Below are positions 28,301 to 37,227 of a stretch of 51,118 nt of DNA, piece by piece (position 1 is the stretch's first letter; every line of letters starts with the position of its first letter). The DNA comes from a virus. Taxonomy: Duplodnaviria; Caudoviricetes. Position numbers and translations under genes: made by a program. The DNA is taken from positions 1-51,118 of IMG/VR virus record IMGVR_UViG_3300009706_000001; one strand, written 5' to 3'. The notes beneath the pieces were generated by a model that was not told the origin of the DNA, did no database searches, and saw nothing but the letters and a program-made list of their open reading frames with translations.

Positions 28301-29455
28301 CTTGGCGTTGTCGACACCCCTCGGGGACCAAAGCAAAGGGCCCTTTCAAAATGGATCACCGAGCAAATTCCTATTCCCGTGGGTGCAGTCACGCGCGGGG
28401 TCGGTGCACAATCCGATGAGGGGGGCAACCGCGAATCATTGGGAATCTTGCCTGAAATGGCGTTTCGTGCAACAGGATTGACGCCTCGGGCCTTAACCTA
28501 TGGTACTCGAAAGCAAGGTGCCGCTGAATGGAAGCGGGAGAATGACGCAGGTCGCCGTGAGGATCGGGAAGAGGATATATGGGGGTTTATCAAGCGGATG
28601 GCCGACGCCCGAAACGCTCCTCCAGAAGCCGCCCCCTCTTCGAAGTTTGGGCTCCGTCTAGACGGAACTCCTAAAGGTCTAGGATTTTTTGGTGAACTAA
28701 AGAGGCCAGACGGGTCTATATCTACTGAATTATCGATAGGGGTGTCTTTCGATGATGGCAAAGAAATACAACTTCCTTTGATTGTTCCGGCCTTAACGCG
28801 TTCTGAAATACAAAGTCTCCTAACCGGGGCAAAACCTTCTAAGTCAATGGTGAACAGAGCCGTACAGTTTTACAAGGAAAGAATTGCAGACGGGAAACCG
28901 GCCTTTGCACAACCCGGAGAACAACAATCTCTATCGCAGCATGGCCGAGTTGCTGGGAAAAAGGTGAGTGACAGTCGCCAGCGAGAGCCACAAGGACGCC
29001 GAGGTCTCGTAGAGCCAGCAGTGCCCGCCATGACCACTCACGACGTGGCATCTCCAGATTTGATTCGTCGTGTGATCCAGCAAGAATCTGGGGGCGATCC
29101 AAATGCCGTCTCACCCGTGGGGGCCCAAGGGCTCATGCAAATTATGCCCGCCACGGCCCTCGACCCTGGCTTCGGTGTCCCCGATGTCTTTACGTTGGCG
29201 AATCAAATGGGTATTTCAATCCCCACACGCGGCTCTGACATACAAAAAGCCAAGGTCATCTTACGCACACACCCAGACTTGAACGAGCGCCTGGGTACCG
29301 CCTACCTGAATGCGCTGGTCGCACGCTACCCAGGGGATCTGCCGAGAGCCCTGGCCGCGTATAATTGGGGGGCTGGCCACGCCGATGCGTGGGACGGCAC
29401 ACTTAGATCTCTGCCCGCCGAAACCCAGGGCTATCTCAAAAATATACTCGCATAA
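25373..29455 (+). CDS. Giant ejection protein with C-terminal lytic transglycosylase (SLT)
   Basis: QES-GG..AVSPVGAQGLMQ..ALAAYNWG; FDYSEL..IPFYTWTRKNIP polyvalent-protein-like motif. Confidence 0.88.
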   Translation: MKEWQFRQKSTGRVVTIRSATRPSKEEVLREFAALPPIADAPRTQQSKWRTSPPMAKRAFLGNVGRGLMEAVGRPGELVAGTVAGALADEKDWGRGLRAFTEGSLVDSQIREDFNKVMEEHGILKDSPKWRAAAGFAADVVSDPLNLFGGAGLLRRGLVKGAGAALGAKAGSAVETAIVKAPQALWKKGVVTPVKGVGNLGLSKLPGNVGASARRRRAVGKSGRSLETAQRLSESRRKGDIAISKQDLEVNLVDKFRPTEEQLRLVGLAIHAPLTTSGAKTQALTAVLADPKLSQMYDYARKTSAESAATDVLPIRKVFAETPGTAPAVIPGAGSILSPTQSLKSLGDGDWGAIQKNLDTLDEAEFPALQQALKDAVDEFGFVRNKAALVGLSPKAQALANQLIKYSSTKGEIINGERIGTVAADLATLKLSTAVSNAGARSVLADVSSAVPNYLRRTSTPSAFTRAQPSVSPSQRPIASTSRLRSEPTEKFLAEGGDTNVYTAMESRLRDTARATESRRLSAEVFQDFGEDVAKVQGKIDKNTWRTIDPQALRYFPDDLKLLAAGRALPNAAADLIEERLVRYADPAGMEEISHWALRLFKTFATALNLPSHQAINFTGNIANMYAHGMSPLDISAGYARAFKDLRTARKNLSQAKEKTGLISRTVKPGGKAKSYADLGFSDMEDAVRSGSIGELTGFGGEFTSGLRSTGVRKPNPKDLRWQENPWSPINPDARFYEAARSINQNFVEDPAKLAMFRWARKGGKSVDDASMDVKAALFDYSELTNFEKRFMRNVIPFYTWTRKNIPLQLANVLERPGRIANQGRLLSTINELVIAGESEDPLTHYATPKSFKGDNTINLPDIGQAIDDINFDKDFLSSDLFQKGLVPAKTQMGSPVATSVRLPFFDTDLLSVGSPKELTRDWAFMLNPAIRGPLEFLNNKRFGSPDLPSSEIRSDRAVNASTLGRLAQSVGLGKGLGVVDTPRGPKQRALSKWITEQIPIPVGAVTRGVGAQSDEGGNRESLGILPEMAFRATGLTPRALTYGTRKQGAAEWKRENDAGRREDREEDIWGFIKRMADARNAPPEAAPSSKFGLRLDGTPKGLGFFGELKRPDGSISTELSIGVSFDDGKEIQLPLIVPALTRSEIQSLLTGAKPSKSMVNRAVQFYKERIADGKPAFAQPGEQQSLSQHGRVAGKKVSDSRQREPQGRRGLVEPAVPAMTTHDVASPDLIRRVIQQESGGDPNAVSPVGAQGLMQIMPATALDPGFGVPDVFTLANQMGISIPTRGSDIQKAKVILRTHPDLNERLGTAYLNALVARYPGDLPRALAAYNWGAGHADAWDGTLRSLPAETQGYLKNILA

Positions 29456-29469
29456 CCAGTAGAGGCCTT

Positions 29470-29796
29470 ATGAAAAATCTCGATAGCCAAATTGCCCACA
29501 TTGAAAGCCTGTTGCAGGAAATCCTACAGAAAACCAATGGCGGATCATCTGACAACGCTGATGAGGTCGATCGCGCTCTTCACAACGAGGAGGAGGAGAT
29601 CGGCGAATGCCCCTTTTGTGGCTGCGCAAAAGACCATGACGATACAGGGTCAAAAACCGGTGGCATCCTTGGACCCCGTCCCAAGAAGGGCAAGACCATC
29701 ATTATGATTTCTAAGAAAGGCAAGAAAAATGGGGGGGACGACCAATTGCCTGACGTGATTAAAGACATCATGGGGAGCTTAATGAAGCCAGAGTAG
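29470..29796 (+). CDS. Hypothetical protein (CPFC motif)
   Basis: SD gagg; 108 aa. Confidence 0.65.
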   Translation: MKNLDSQIAHIESLLQEILQKTNGGSSDNADEVDRALHNEEEEIGECPFCGCAKDHDDTGSKTGGILGPRPKKGKTIIMISKKGKKNGGDDQLPDVIKDIMGSLMKPE

Positions 29797-29847
29797 TTCG
29801 TTTGTGGCCACTCCGATCTTATGATACCATAAGAGATGGAGTAGTGT

Positions 29848-30618
29848 ATGAAGAAATTTCTTTTTAGCCCGGACAAACACGTTGGTTGGGAACGTCGACA
29901 CCGCAAGCTGGTGCCGTTGCATGATGAAAAATCTATTGTCGCAATGATGAAATTCGCCGAGGATTTCAAACCCGACATCTGGATTGAAGGCGGCGACAAC
30001 CTGGATTGCGGGCCTGTGAGCCACTGGCTCCGAGATAAGAAAATCAGTATCGCGGACCTCGATTTATCGAAAGACATCGAGGAATATACGCGACTGGTGC
30101 TGACGCCCCTGGAGTCTATCTTGGGGAAAGACGCCAAACGCTATTGGATGAAGGGCAATCACGAACGGTGGTTAAATGATTTTGCGGAAAACCACCCAGG
30201 AATGTCTGTTCTTGTCGATGTCGCCACGCTTCTCCCGCTGCACAAGTGGGACATTATTGAATGCGGAGGCTACATCAAAGAAGGCAAGTTGTACTTCATC
30301 CACGGTGACACGTTGCGAGGGGGGGCGCGTGTTGCCGACAATGCCGTGAATCGCTATGAGCATTCGATTCGTTTCGGCCACTTCCACACCTATCAGGTGG
30401 CCACGAAATACTCTATGCTTGATGCAAAGCAGGTCAAAACCGGTGTCTGTGTGCCGGGGCTGTGCCAACGGAATCCGAATTTCCTGAAAGGTCGCCCCAA
30501 TCAATGGATGCAGGGCTTTAACTTTGGCTATCTCCACGATGATGGTACGTTTACCGACTATGTCCCGGTTATCGTAAACGGCAAGTTCAGCGCCGAAGGC
30601 CGCACCTATAAAGGATAA
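29848..30618 (+). CDS. Calcineurin-like metallophosphoesterase
   Basis: DxH, GDxxD, GNHE, HG, GHxH motifs in order. Confidence 0.9.
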   Translation: MKKFLFSPDKHVGWERRHRKLVPLHDEKSIVAMMKFAEDFKPDIWIEGGDNLDCGPVSHWLRDKKISIADLDLSKDIEEYTRLVLTPLESILGKDAKRYWMKGNHERWLNDFAENHPGMSVLVDVATLLPLHKWDIIECGGYIKEGKLYFIHGDTLRGGARVADNAVNRYEHSIRFGHFHTYQVATKYSMLDAKQVKTGVCVPGLCQRNPNFLKGRPNQWMQGFNFGYLHDDGTFTDYVPVIVNGKFSAEGRTYKG

Positions 30619-30623
30619 CCCTT

Positions 30624-30785
30624 ATGCTTCTTGCTCTTCAGCAATACAATCCACTCGCTGTTGCCGCTGATACGTCTTTACATATTGTGTACAACGAAGC
30701 CATACAGGCCGTTGTCTGGGCTCCTGTGTTATTGGTCGTACTTCTCCTGGCCAGCTATTGTCACAAGCACTCTTCGAAAGGATAA
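30624..30785 (+). CDS. Small membrane protein (53 aa)
   Basis: SD aagga; hydrophobic VVWAPVLLVVLLLAS. Confidence 0.45.
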   Translation: MLLALQQYNPLAVAADTSLHIVYNEAIQAVVWAPVLLVVLLLASYCHKHSSKG

Positions 30786-30787
30786 TT

Positions 30788-31237
30788 ATGCCACAGCAAT
30801 ACGATGACCAAATTCGAGAGCTTGAACGAGAGATTCAGCGATTAAAAGCCTTGTCCGCCGCGGAATACGACAGACCTGTGTATAATATTAAGGGGGACCT
30901 ACGCAGAGCGCTCGCCGCCCCGCTCTGGTCTATTACGGAAAGTTTAGGGTTAAACGAACCACAGACACGAGAACCAACGCCTCAGGAGTCCGGTCTCGAT
31001 GCACTTCCTGGATTCTTAGAACGGTTGGAAGAATTGCGAGGCCTTGGGCAGGGACCCCCTGATGCGTTTCCAGATCCAGACCTCGATTCCCCAGGAATCG
31101 TTCCTGGCGGGGGTATCGAATCCGTCTACAGAGCGGAGGAACGAGAGGCAGAAGAAATTCGAAGAAAGCTTGAGGCGCAAGGACGGCTGCGTCGACCTGG
31201 GCTTAGAGGCTTTGCACAGCGAGAGAGCAATCGCTAA
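30788..31237 (+). CDS. Hypothetical protein, last + strand gene
   Basis: SD aagga; coiled-coil N-terminus. Confidence 0.65.
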   Translation: MPQQYDDQIRELEREIQRLKALSAAEYDRPVYNIKGDLRRALAAPLWSITESLGLNEPQTREPTPQESGLDALPGFLERLEELRGLGQGPPDAFPDPDLDSPGIVPGGGIESVYRAEEREAEEIRRKLEAQGRLRRPGLRGFAQRESNR

Positions 31238-31463
31238 GGTCTATAAAGACGGGCGTATTGGGGCCCACCCATGCCCCGACAACATTAAATTCAAAGAACT
31301 CCTGCGCCTCGTCCCAGCTCATCCCGTCCCGATGCTGTAAGACATCCAGGCAGAGGTGGTAGTCGTAGACCGCGACCTCGTGGCAAAATTGCCGCCCAAA
31401 ACCAAGGAAGGCCTCCTCAAATCCATCGGCAAGGAGCACCTCGCCTTCCTCTACACGCCCCAT
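31203..31463 (-). CDS. Conserved phage hypothetical protein
   Basis: ADGFEEAFLG..AVYD..EAQEFFEFN..GAWVG..TP pattern. Confidence 0.75.
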   Translation of the reverse strand: MGRVEEGEVLLADGFEEAFLGFGRQFCHEVAVYDYHLCLDVLQHRDGMSWDEAQEFFEFNVVGAWVGPNTPVFIDLSDCSLAVQSL

Positions 31464-31870
31464 AAATTCAGATCCTTTTTTTCCGAAAGCGGATCTGCAA
31501 AAATCATCGAAGCAATTCCTGTTGCGAGCGTGTGTTTTTTTGCTGGTGTGACTTCTTTCGATCGCCATGTCCACCATAGCACCGCATAGTTTGACAGATC
31601 GAGGAACGTATCCTCAACACTCTCATGTTTTGGGTCTTTCCCCTGGGACAACAGTTCTGCCAGTCGCGCCAGCTTAATCCCGAGCATCGTCGCAAAGACA
31701 CGATCAGGGCCATCGGGAAATTCATCAGCAATGGCTGCCGCAAATTCAAAATTACTATAGCGATTCTCTATCTTGGCGTAATCGTGGGACTTGGCGTCGT
31801 GTGTCTCTTCCATGCGACGCAACGCATCAGCGAAAGTCGTTTTCTCGTTCGTCTTCAATCTTTTCCTCAC
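31451..31870 (-). CDS. DUF1599 / nucleotide-modification-associated domain 1 (all-alpha NTP pyrophosphatase-like)
   Basis: KSHDYA..NF..KLARL..ESVEDTFLDLSNYA. Confidence 0.75.
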   Translation of the reverse strand: MRKRLKTNEKTTFADALRRMEETHDAKSHDYAKIENRYSNFEFAAAIADEFPDGPDRVFATMLGIKLARLAELLSQGKDPKHESVEDTFLDLSNYAVLWWTWRSKEVTPAKKHTLATGIASMIFADPLSEKKDLNLWGV

Positions 31871-32006
31871 AATCTATTTTTCCATCGGTATACCCTTCTC
31901 GATACGACTCTTTATATAACCGTTGGACAAGAAGTTGGATTTCCCGCGGCACCCTTTTTTCACGCAACGCGGTGAGTATTTTTTCTACAATTAACGCGAC
32001 TCTCAT
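31827..32006 (-). CDS. Small hypothetical protein (59 aa)
   Basis: ATGA overlap with the polymerase stop; MRVALIVEKIL... Confidence 0.55.
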   Translation of the reverse strand: MRVALIVEKILTALREKRVPREIQLLVQRLYKESYREGYTDGKIDCEEKIEDERENDFR

Positions 32007-34528
32007 ACTTCAACCTTACGAAGATAGTGCATGCCTCGGGGATTTTCACTTGAGGCATCAGCCCAATTATATCCTATTTCAACCTCACAGCCAATTTGTA
32101 ATCCGCCCATCTGTGGTATCGGGCGCGTGAGCACGTCGATTAAATACTCTGAGGCCTGCTGTGCGTCGGTTTCCAGGACTTCTAAGGTGTACCCGTCATG
32201 CACGCTGACGTTGGCACTCATATAGGGCCCCCAGGAGGACTGGCCAATAAGGCGAAGGGTATCTCGACAGAAGGCTCCCGCACTATTTTGTGGCTTGAAG
32301 GCTAATGCCCGCTTGGCATCTTGGCCCATCTTCACCTTCGGCGACCCATCGTTCGCGTATTCAATCTCCCCGTTCTTGGTCTTCTTAAACGTATAGACAT
32401 CATAAAAGTGATGGCGATAGCCCCACGGACTTTTCAGCACGCCTTCCTTCTTCGCTTGTTCTCGTGTCTGTGCTTGCCATGCCGCGAGCGCGGGGATCAT
32501 CGAAAAGATTTTCGTCTGGATTTGCTGGGCAGCCAGCTTAGTCGGGAATTGCGTAGGATTGGTCATGTGCATCAAATAGGGATCGCCCCCATAGAGCAAC
32601 AAATACACCGCCGTCTTAAACTGGTTATACAGTTTTTTGTGCGTGCGTTTCACCCGTTCTACCGTATCATCTGTGAAGTCCCAGCCCAAATCTTGGCAAC
32701 ACAGATAGGCATGAATGGATTTCTTCGCCACAGTGATAAAATGTGGATCATTAATCAACCAGCCCACAATGACGGCTTCGATTGAGGTGGAATCGGCTTG
32801 CACAAAGATATGTCCTGGTCGGGCAATGATTTGTTGCCGCGCTTTCTTGGCCCAGGGATTCGACTCTCGCTTGCCAACGTTTTGGAGGTTCACATTGCGA
32901 CTGGCCAAGCGCCACGTTGACGGCGCATTCACATACGATGTATGAATTAAATCATGATCATCTGGATGATATATATAAGTCGACAACGTCTTCGAGACTT
33001 TGGAAAAATCTGCCAACATCGGATACAACGGATGCGCTGTCCCATAACGACCCGCCAATTTTGCGATGTGTTGACTGTCAGCCGAGGAGTGGCCAGTTTT
33101 CCTATCTTTCCCAGTTGGATGCTTGAAGTGACGCATATAAGTCTTGAGTTGCTCGCTTGAGTTTGGATTAAACGGTAACCGTTCATCCCATTCGGTCACG
33201 AGTCCTGCAACTTTCACGATCGTCGCCTGTGCGGCCTTACACGGGTTCTTTTTCCCTCCTTTGAAATGCGCAGTCTTCGTGACGCCTGTAGTCAGACACA
33301 CGCTGCACTGCGTGACTGTTCCGTCCACCACCACGGCTTCAAAGATACGACCATCACTCTCGGGGGGCTGCCGCTTGTAATGTTTCCGAGGTTTGAGGTG
33401 ATCCGGCACGTACTCTTGCGCCTGCGCGACCATGGTCGTCTTGTAAGTGTGCAAATCGTGTTGCAGAGTCTTAGAAAACTGCTTATCGATAAGATTCCCT
33501 CGAATGCCCGCTCGTTCGAGTATCGGCATGAGGTCCACGACATGCTGCTCGAAGAGATCCCATTGGCCGAAATAGCGTAAGTCTGATTGAATGCCCAGGG
33601 CGTTTTGTAGCGCGACATCTGCGTCAATGCAGCTATACATGGCTGGCAAGGCCCCCGACAGATGCTTCCAGGGTTGCATGGCGGTATAGAAGCTACTGAC
33701 ATACTCTAGGCCCTTCGGCTGATCTGATTCCAACAGATGCCAGCCGTCCTGGTAGTCGTAAATCCGTCCATGCACCGGGAAGTGCTCATCTCGAAGACGC
33801 GGCACATCAAATTGTGCCCCATTCCAGACCACTTTTGGGTTGTCTGACTCCAAGAGCTGCCGAATGGCCCCAAAATATTCTCTATTCCAGGGAATGCTCA
33901 CGGCGGTGTGCGGTTGATACGAAAACGAAATCCGTAAGATTGCCCCCACATGTGAGCTGGATTCTTCAGTGTCCTGGTCGCTCGTCTGGTGGTGTTTGTA
34001 TTGCGTTTCAATATCAAACGAGATGAGGTGTTCTGGATTCGAGAGGCACGCGGTGACCCACTCGGCAAAGGCTCTCAGTGAGGGGTCTTCCAGATAGACC
34101 GGCACCGGGAGTGTCAGGTGCCCTTGTAAGCGCACGGCCTTTTGCACATCCGCAATCCAGGCCCCCTGGAAGCGTGCAGGACGTAACGCCAGCTTGGTGC
34201 CGTCCACATGCTTGTGTCGGGGCAACATCTGCGAGGGAGCTAATGTGGGGCAAATGATCGTGCCGGTCTCGTTCCACAGATACCGACGATATTGGCGTCC
34301 ACGATAGCGAAATAAATCCTTGGCATCCCCGACCTGCTGCAACGCCGCTTCCCCTAACACGATAAGCGTATGGGTCTCGGGGCTCGGTTGTGTAAAGGAT
34401 TCCAGTGGAATTACGGGAACATCCATACTGTCGTGGCCTGCCCGTGTCCACATGCGTGACCACATGGGATGTGATAATTCGTATGCTGGCGCGACCACTT
34501 GCACGCCGACCCAGGGATCACGTATCAA
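32003..34528 (-). CDS. polA: Family A DNA polymerase with 3'-5' exonuclease and degenerate N-terminal UDG-like domain (start uncertain; ORF open to 34630)
   Basis: Exo FDIET, NGAQFD, YSCID; RLAS..NLQN; motif A ADSTSIE; motif B K..Y...YG; motif C VHD. Confidence 0.92.
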   Translation of the reverse strand: MIRDPWVGVQVVAPAYELSHPMWSRMWTRAGHDSMDVPVIPLESFTQPSPETHTLIVLGEAALQQVGDAKDLFRYRGRQYRRYLWNETGTIICPTLAPSQMLPRHKHVDGTKLALRPARFQGAWIADVQKAVRLQGHLTLPVPVYLEDPSLRAFAEWVTACLSNPEHLISFDIETQYKHHQTSDQDTEESSSHVGAILRISFSYQPHTAVSIPWNREYFGAIRQLLESDNPKVVWNGAQFDVPRLRDEHFPVHGRIYDYQDGWHLLESDQPKGLEYVSSFYTAMQPWKHLSGALPAMYSCIDADVALQNALGIQSDLRYFGQWDLFEQHVVDLMPILERAGIRGNLIDKQFSKTLQHDLHTYKTTMVAQAQEYVPDHLKPRKHYKRQPPESDGRIFEAVVVDGTVTQCSVCLTTGVTKTAHFKGGKKNPCKAAQATIVKVAGLVTEWDERLPFNPNSSEQLKTYMRHFKHPTGKDRKTGHSSADSQHIAKLAGRYGTAHPLYPMLADFSKVSKTLSTYIYHPDDHDLIHTSYVNAPSTWRLASRNVNLQNVGKRESNPWAKKARQQIIARPGHIFVQADSTSIEAVIVGWLINDPHFITVAKKSIHAYLCCQDLGWDFTDDTVERVKRTHKKLYNQFKTAVYLLLYGGDPYLMHMTNPTQFPTKLAAQQIQTKIFSMIPALAAWQAQTREQAKKEGVLKSPWGYRHHFYDVYTFKKTKNGEIEYANDGSPKVKMGQDAKRALAFKPQNSAGAFCRDTLRLIGQSSWGPYMSANVSVHDGYTLEVLETDAQQASEYLIDVLTRPIPQMGGLQIGCEVEIGYNWADASSENPRGMHYLRKVEV

Positions 34529-35309
34529 GTTCGGCTCGCATCTGTTGCCAATCGCGTCTATAATTCCGGCAGTCTGGATCGATCCCAGGCACGGCCATGG
34601 CGACATGTTCGAAAGGGGACCAGTGGCCATTGTCCGCTAACTGGTAGGCCAAATTTCGGTCTTTTTCCCACGATCGCGTATGTCGTCCATAGGACACACG
34701 GGCTAACCGGCCTGCGGCCACAAAGCGCAACTCGTCCCGTGGGATGTCGAGGAGTTCCTGCGCCGTTATCGCGGGGAGATGCCAGTCATTCCACGAGACC
34801 ACGGTTGGAGTCGAAGTAGTCATGCTGGCGTGCATGGCTTCCGCCACATGGCGCATTTCCGGCTGTGCGTGTGTCGAGAGGCGTAAGGTAAAGAAGTTCT
34901 CCCATTCGGTGGAGCTGACAATAACATCGACCCAACTGAACGGTTCCACAAGCCGATTAACCAGTTGTTTATGCACACCCAACTCATGTAGTTGCGACGC
35001 GGCCCAGATGGCCGACTGCATGGCCGCTCTCCAGATCTCTTCAGCGATCGTGGTGGCCTCAGGGTCGAGGTGCGTGTCCGCTTGCATCCCTGGTTGGTCT
35101 ATCCCCCATTCCACGGGAAAGACCGGATCGTCCGAGACTGCGACTAACTGTCGTTGGCTATTGAGCGCGCGACTGGACCCTGCGTTCCGACTGAAGACAC
35201 GATGGGTGTTCAATTCCGCAAGAATGAATTTCGGAACCGTCACCCGAAGGGTCAGTAAGCGTGTGCCACTCGGGGTGATGGAATCGAGGAGAACTGTAGA
35301 TTGAATCAT
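34518..35309 (-). CDS. thyX: Flavin-dependent thymidylate synthase, phage type
   Basis: AELNTHRVFSRNAGSSRA; NFFTLR..HAQPE; GHWSPFEH. Confidence 0.88.
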   Translation of the reverse strand: MIQSTVLLDSITPSGTRLLTLRVTVPKFILAELNTHRVFSRNAGSSRALNSQRQLVAVSDDPVFPVEWGIDQPGMQADTHLDPEATTIAEEIWRAAMQSAIWAASQLHELGVHKQLVNRLVEPFSWVDVIVSSTEWENFFTLRLSTHAQPEMRHVAEAMHASMTTSTPTVVSWNDWHLPAITAQELLDIPRDELRFVAAGRLARVSYGRHTRSWEKDRNLAYQLADNGHWSPFEHVAMAVPGIDPDCRNYRRDWQQMRAELDT

Positions 35310-35314
35310 GTGTC

Positions 35315-37207
35315 TTACACTTCGCAGAGATTCCCAACGCAGGCATAATCTTGGGCGACGGTGGTCAGGTCAATCGTTTCGCGCACGGACTCCAAATCAA
35401 TACTTCTGGGCAGCGCGTGCAGACGTTGCTCATAATCATTCTTAGAGATTTCTTCATAGGGGGCCAGGGCATAGGTATGCTCGTCTTTCGGCAGAAACGA
35501 CAATCCCCCAATGTCTGTCCAATGATGTTTCAGGAATGATTCCACGTTAACCCACTCTTGTCGCCCTACATAAATAGTGCATGAGGGATTATGCTCTGTC
35601 CAATGGCGCTTCCACTGTAACCAATAATGGAGTTGCTCGGTTGCGCTGAGATGGTGTCGTGTAACCGATCCCGTAGGGGATTGCACCGGGAATTCAAAGA
35701 CCCACACGCGTGCTTCGTCCATGGTCCCCTGCCCTACTTCCGGCGAACAGGGAATCCCTCGACTGACGAGGCGTTTCCCGAGTGGAGATCTCGCACTAAT
35801 ACGAAGTCGGCGAATATAGTAGTCCGCATAGCGGGGGTGAATCCCACTGGACGAGGCGATGAGCTGGCTGGAATTTCCAGACGGTTTATTACAGGTAATG
35901 GAGGCGCTAGGCATAATACCGAACTGCTGCGCGATTTTTTGGTTTGTCTCTTTGGCGGTGTCAAGTAATAATTTCAGCGTTGATGCCAAGCATGGATTTC
36001 CTGCTTGCAGAAGGGGAGAATCCATGGTGCCCGTAATATCCACCCCCAGCAGACGTTCGGCCTCAGAGTTTTGCTTCCACTCCGTCTTGAGATACGCAAA
36101 CGATGTTAAGCACGATTGGATGGTGCCAAAAATGGTCGCAAGGCGAGTTTTTTCTTGGAGTGTTTCTAAGGTATCTTCCTGTCGGGCGACCGCAATGGAG
36201 AGATTGCAAAATTGACGTGACCGGAGAATAATTTCCCCACACGGGTTGGTACCAAAGACCCGAGGCGATCGTCGTAGGGGAATATTCCCATCTCGTCGGA
36301 AGATGCCAGGTTCCCCGCTCCCCACAGACGACAGATGTGTGACGAGATCGTGAATCTGCTCATCCGTAGCAGCATCCGTAAACACCATCGAGTTGTTGGC
36401 CATGGCGAGTTCTGGATACGTCGTCCAGAATTCCTGATCTTTACAGGAGGCCATCTCTGTATCATCGTGGTCGAACAAGGCCAACTCTGCCGCACGTCGC
36501 ACGCCCCCCACTTGAACAATAGACCCGCACATGGTGGCGAGTCGATGAATTTCAAAGGAATGCAATTGTCGCCCTGCGGCGGCGCGGATAATGCCATGCG
36601 CGGTGGCCAGCAGTTGTTTGAGCGGCTCAGGACCAGAAGCGCGCCCCCCTTTGGTATGTAACCATGTCCCTTCGTCCCGCAAGGAGGAGAAATCCCATTG
36701 TGGTTCCCATCCGTCCATCGAAAATTCAATAGTTGTCACGAGCGCATGACACCAGCCTTCTGTGCTGTCTTCAATCGTTGTGGTAACGGTAGGACCCTGT
36801 GTACGACTCGTCACCACAGGCCACTGCTGGACCGCATGGCGTTCCACGCTGTATCCCACCCCTGTCCCTTGCATGAGGATATAAAGCAGCTCTCCGAGCG
36901 ACTGTGGCCCATCTAGCTCTAGGTAGGCACAGTTGTAGGCCCCCACATGACAGCGTTCCAGGGCTGGGCCTGCCATTTGCACCACCCGCATGGAGGGAAG
37001 CACCTCTTTACGAGACATCGCTGTCTCCAGTTGTACCCAGGTTGTTGGGTCGAGTTGCTTGCCTTGATTCGCTAAAGTGCGCTGAAAAAACGTAATGACA
37101 CGACTCACAACTTCTTTCCACGTTTCCCGGCGCTGCTCCTCCGGGAGCCATCGGGCATACTTATCGTAGAGTTGTATTTCGGAAATCAGTTGTGAGCCAT
37201 GATCCAT
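35315..37207 (-). CDS. nrdJ: Class II (B12-dependent) ribonucleotide reductase, monomeric type
   Basis: LPSMR, YNC, GTGVG, GGVRRAA, GTNPCGEI, KPSG, C-terminal CxxxxCEV; SD AAGGAG before ATG 37207. Confidence 0.93.
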   Translation of the reverse strand: MDHGSQLISEIQLYDKYARWLPEEQRRETWKEVVSRVITFFQRTLANQGKQLDPTTWVQLETAMSRKEVLPSMRVVQMAGPALERCHVGAYNCAYLELDGPQSLGELLYILMQGTGVGYSVERHAVQQWPVVTSRTQGPTVTTTIEDSTEGWCHALVTTIEFSMDGWEPQWDFSSLRDEGTWLHTKGGRASGPEPLKQLLATAHGIIRAAAGRQLHSFEIHRLATMCGSIVQVGGVRRAAELALFDHDDTEMASCKDQEFWTTYPELAMANNSMVFTDAATDEQIHDLVTHLSSVGSGEPGIFRRDGNIPLRRSPRVFGTNPCGEIILRSRQFCNLSIAVARQEDTLETLQEKTRLATIFGTIQSCLTSFAYLKTEWKQNSEAERLLGVDITGTMDSPLLQAGNPCLASTLKLLLDTAKETNQKIAQQFGIMPSASITCNKPSGNSSQLIASSSGIHPRYADYYIRRLRISARSPLGKRLVSRGIPCSPEVGQGTMDEARVWVFEFPVQSPTGSVTRHHLSATEQLHYWLQWKRHWTEHNPSCTIYVGRQEWVNVESFLKHHWTDIGGLSFLPKDEHTYALAPYEEISKNDYEQRLHALPRSIDLESVRETIDLTTVAQDYACVGNLCEV

Positions 37208-37227
37208 GTGCGTGCTCCTTACCTCAT

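Noticed and set aside
2733-31237. Alternative genetic code or SD-less late genes
   Set aside because: Genes are intact in code 11, use all three stops, and many late genes have clear SDs
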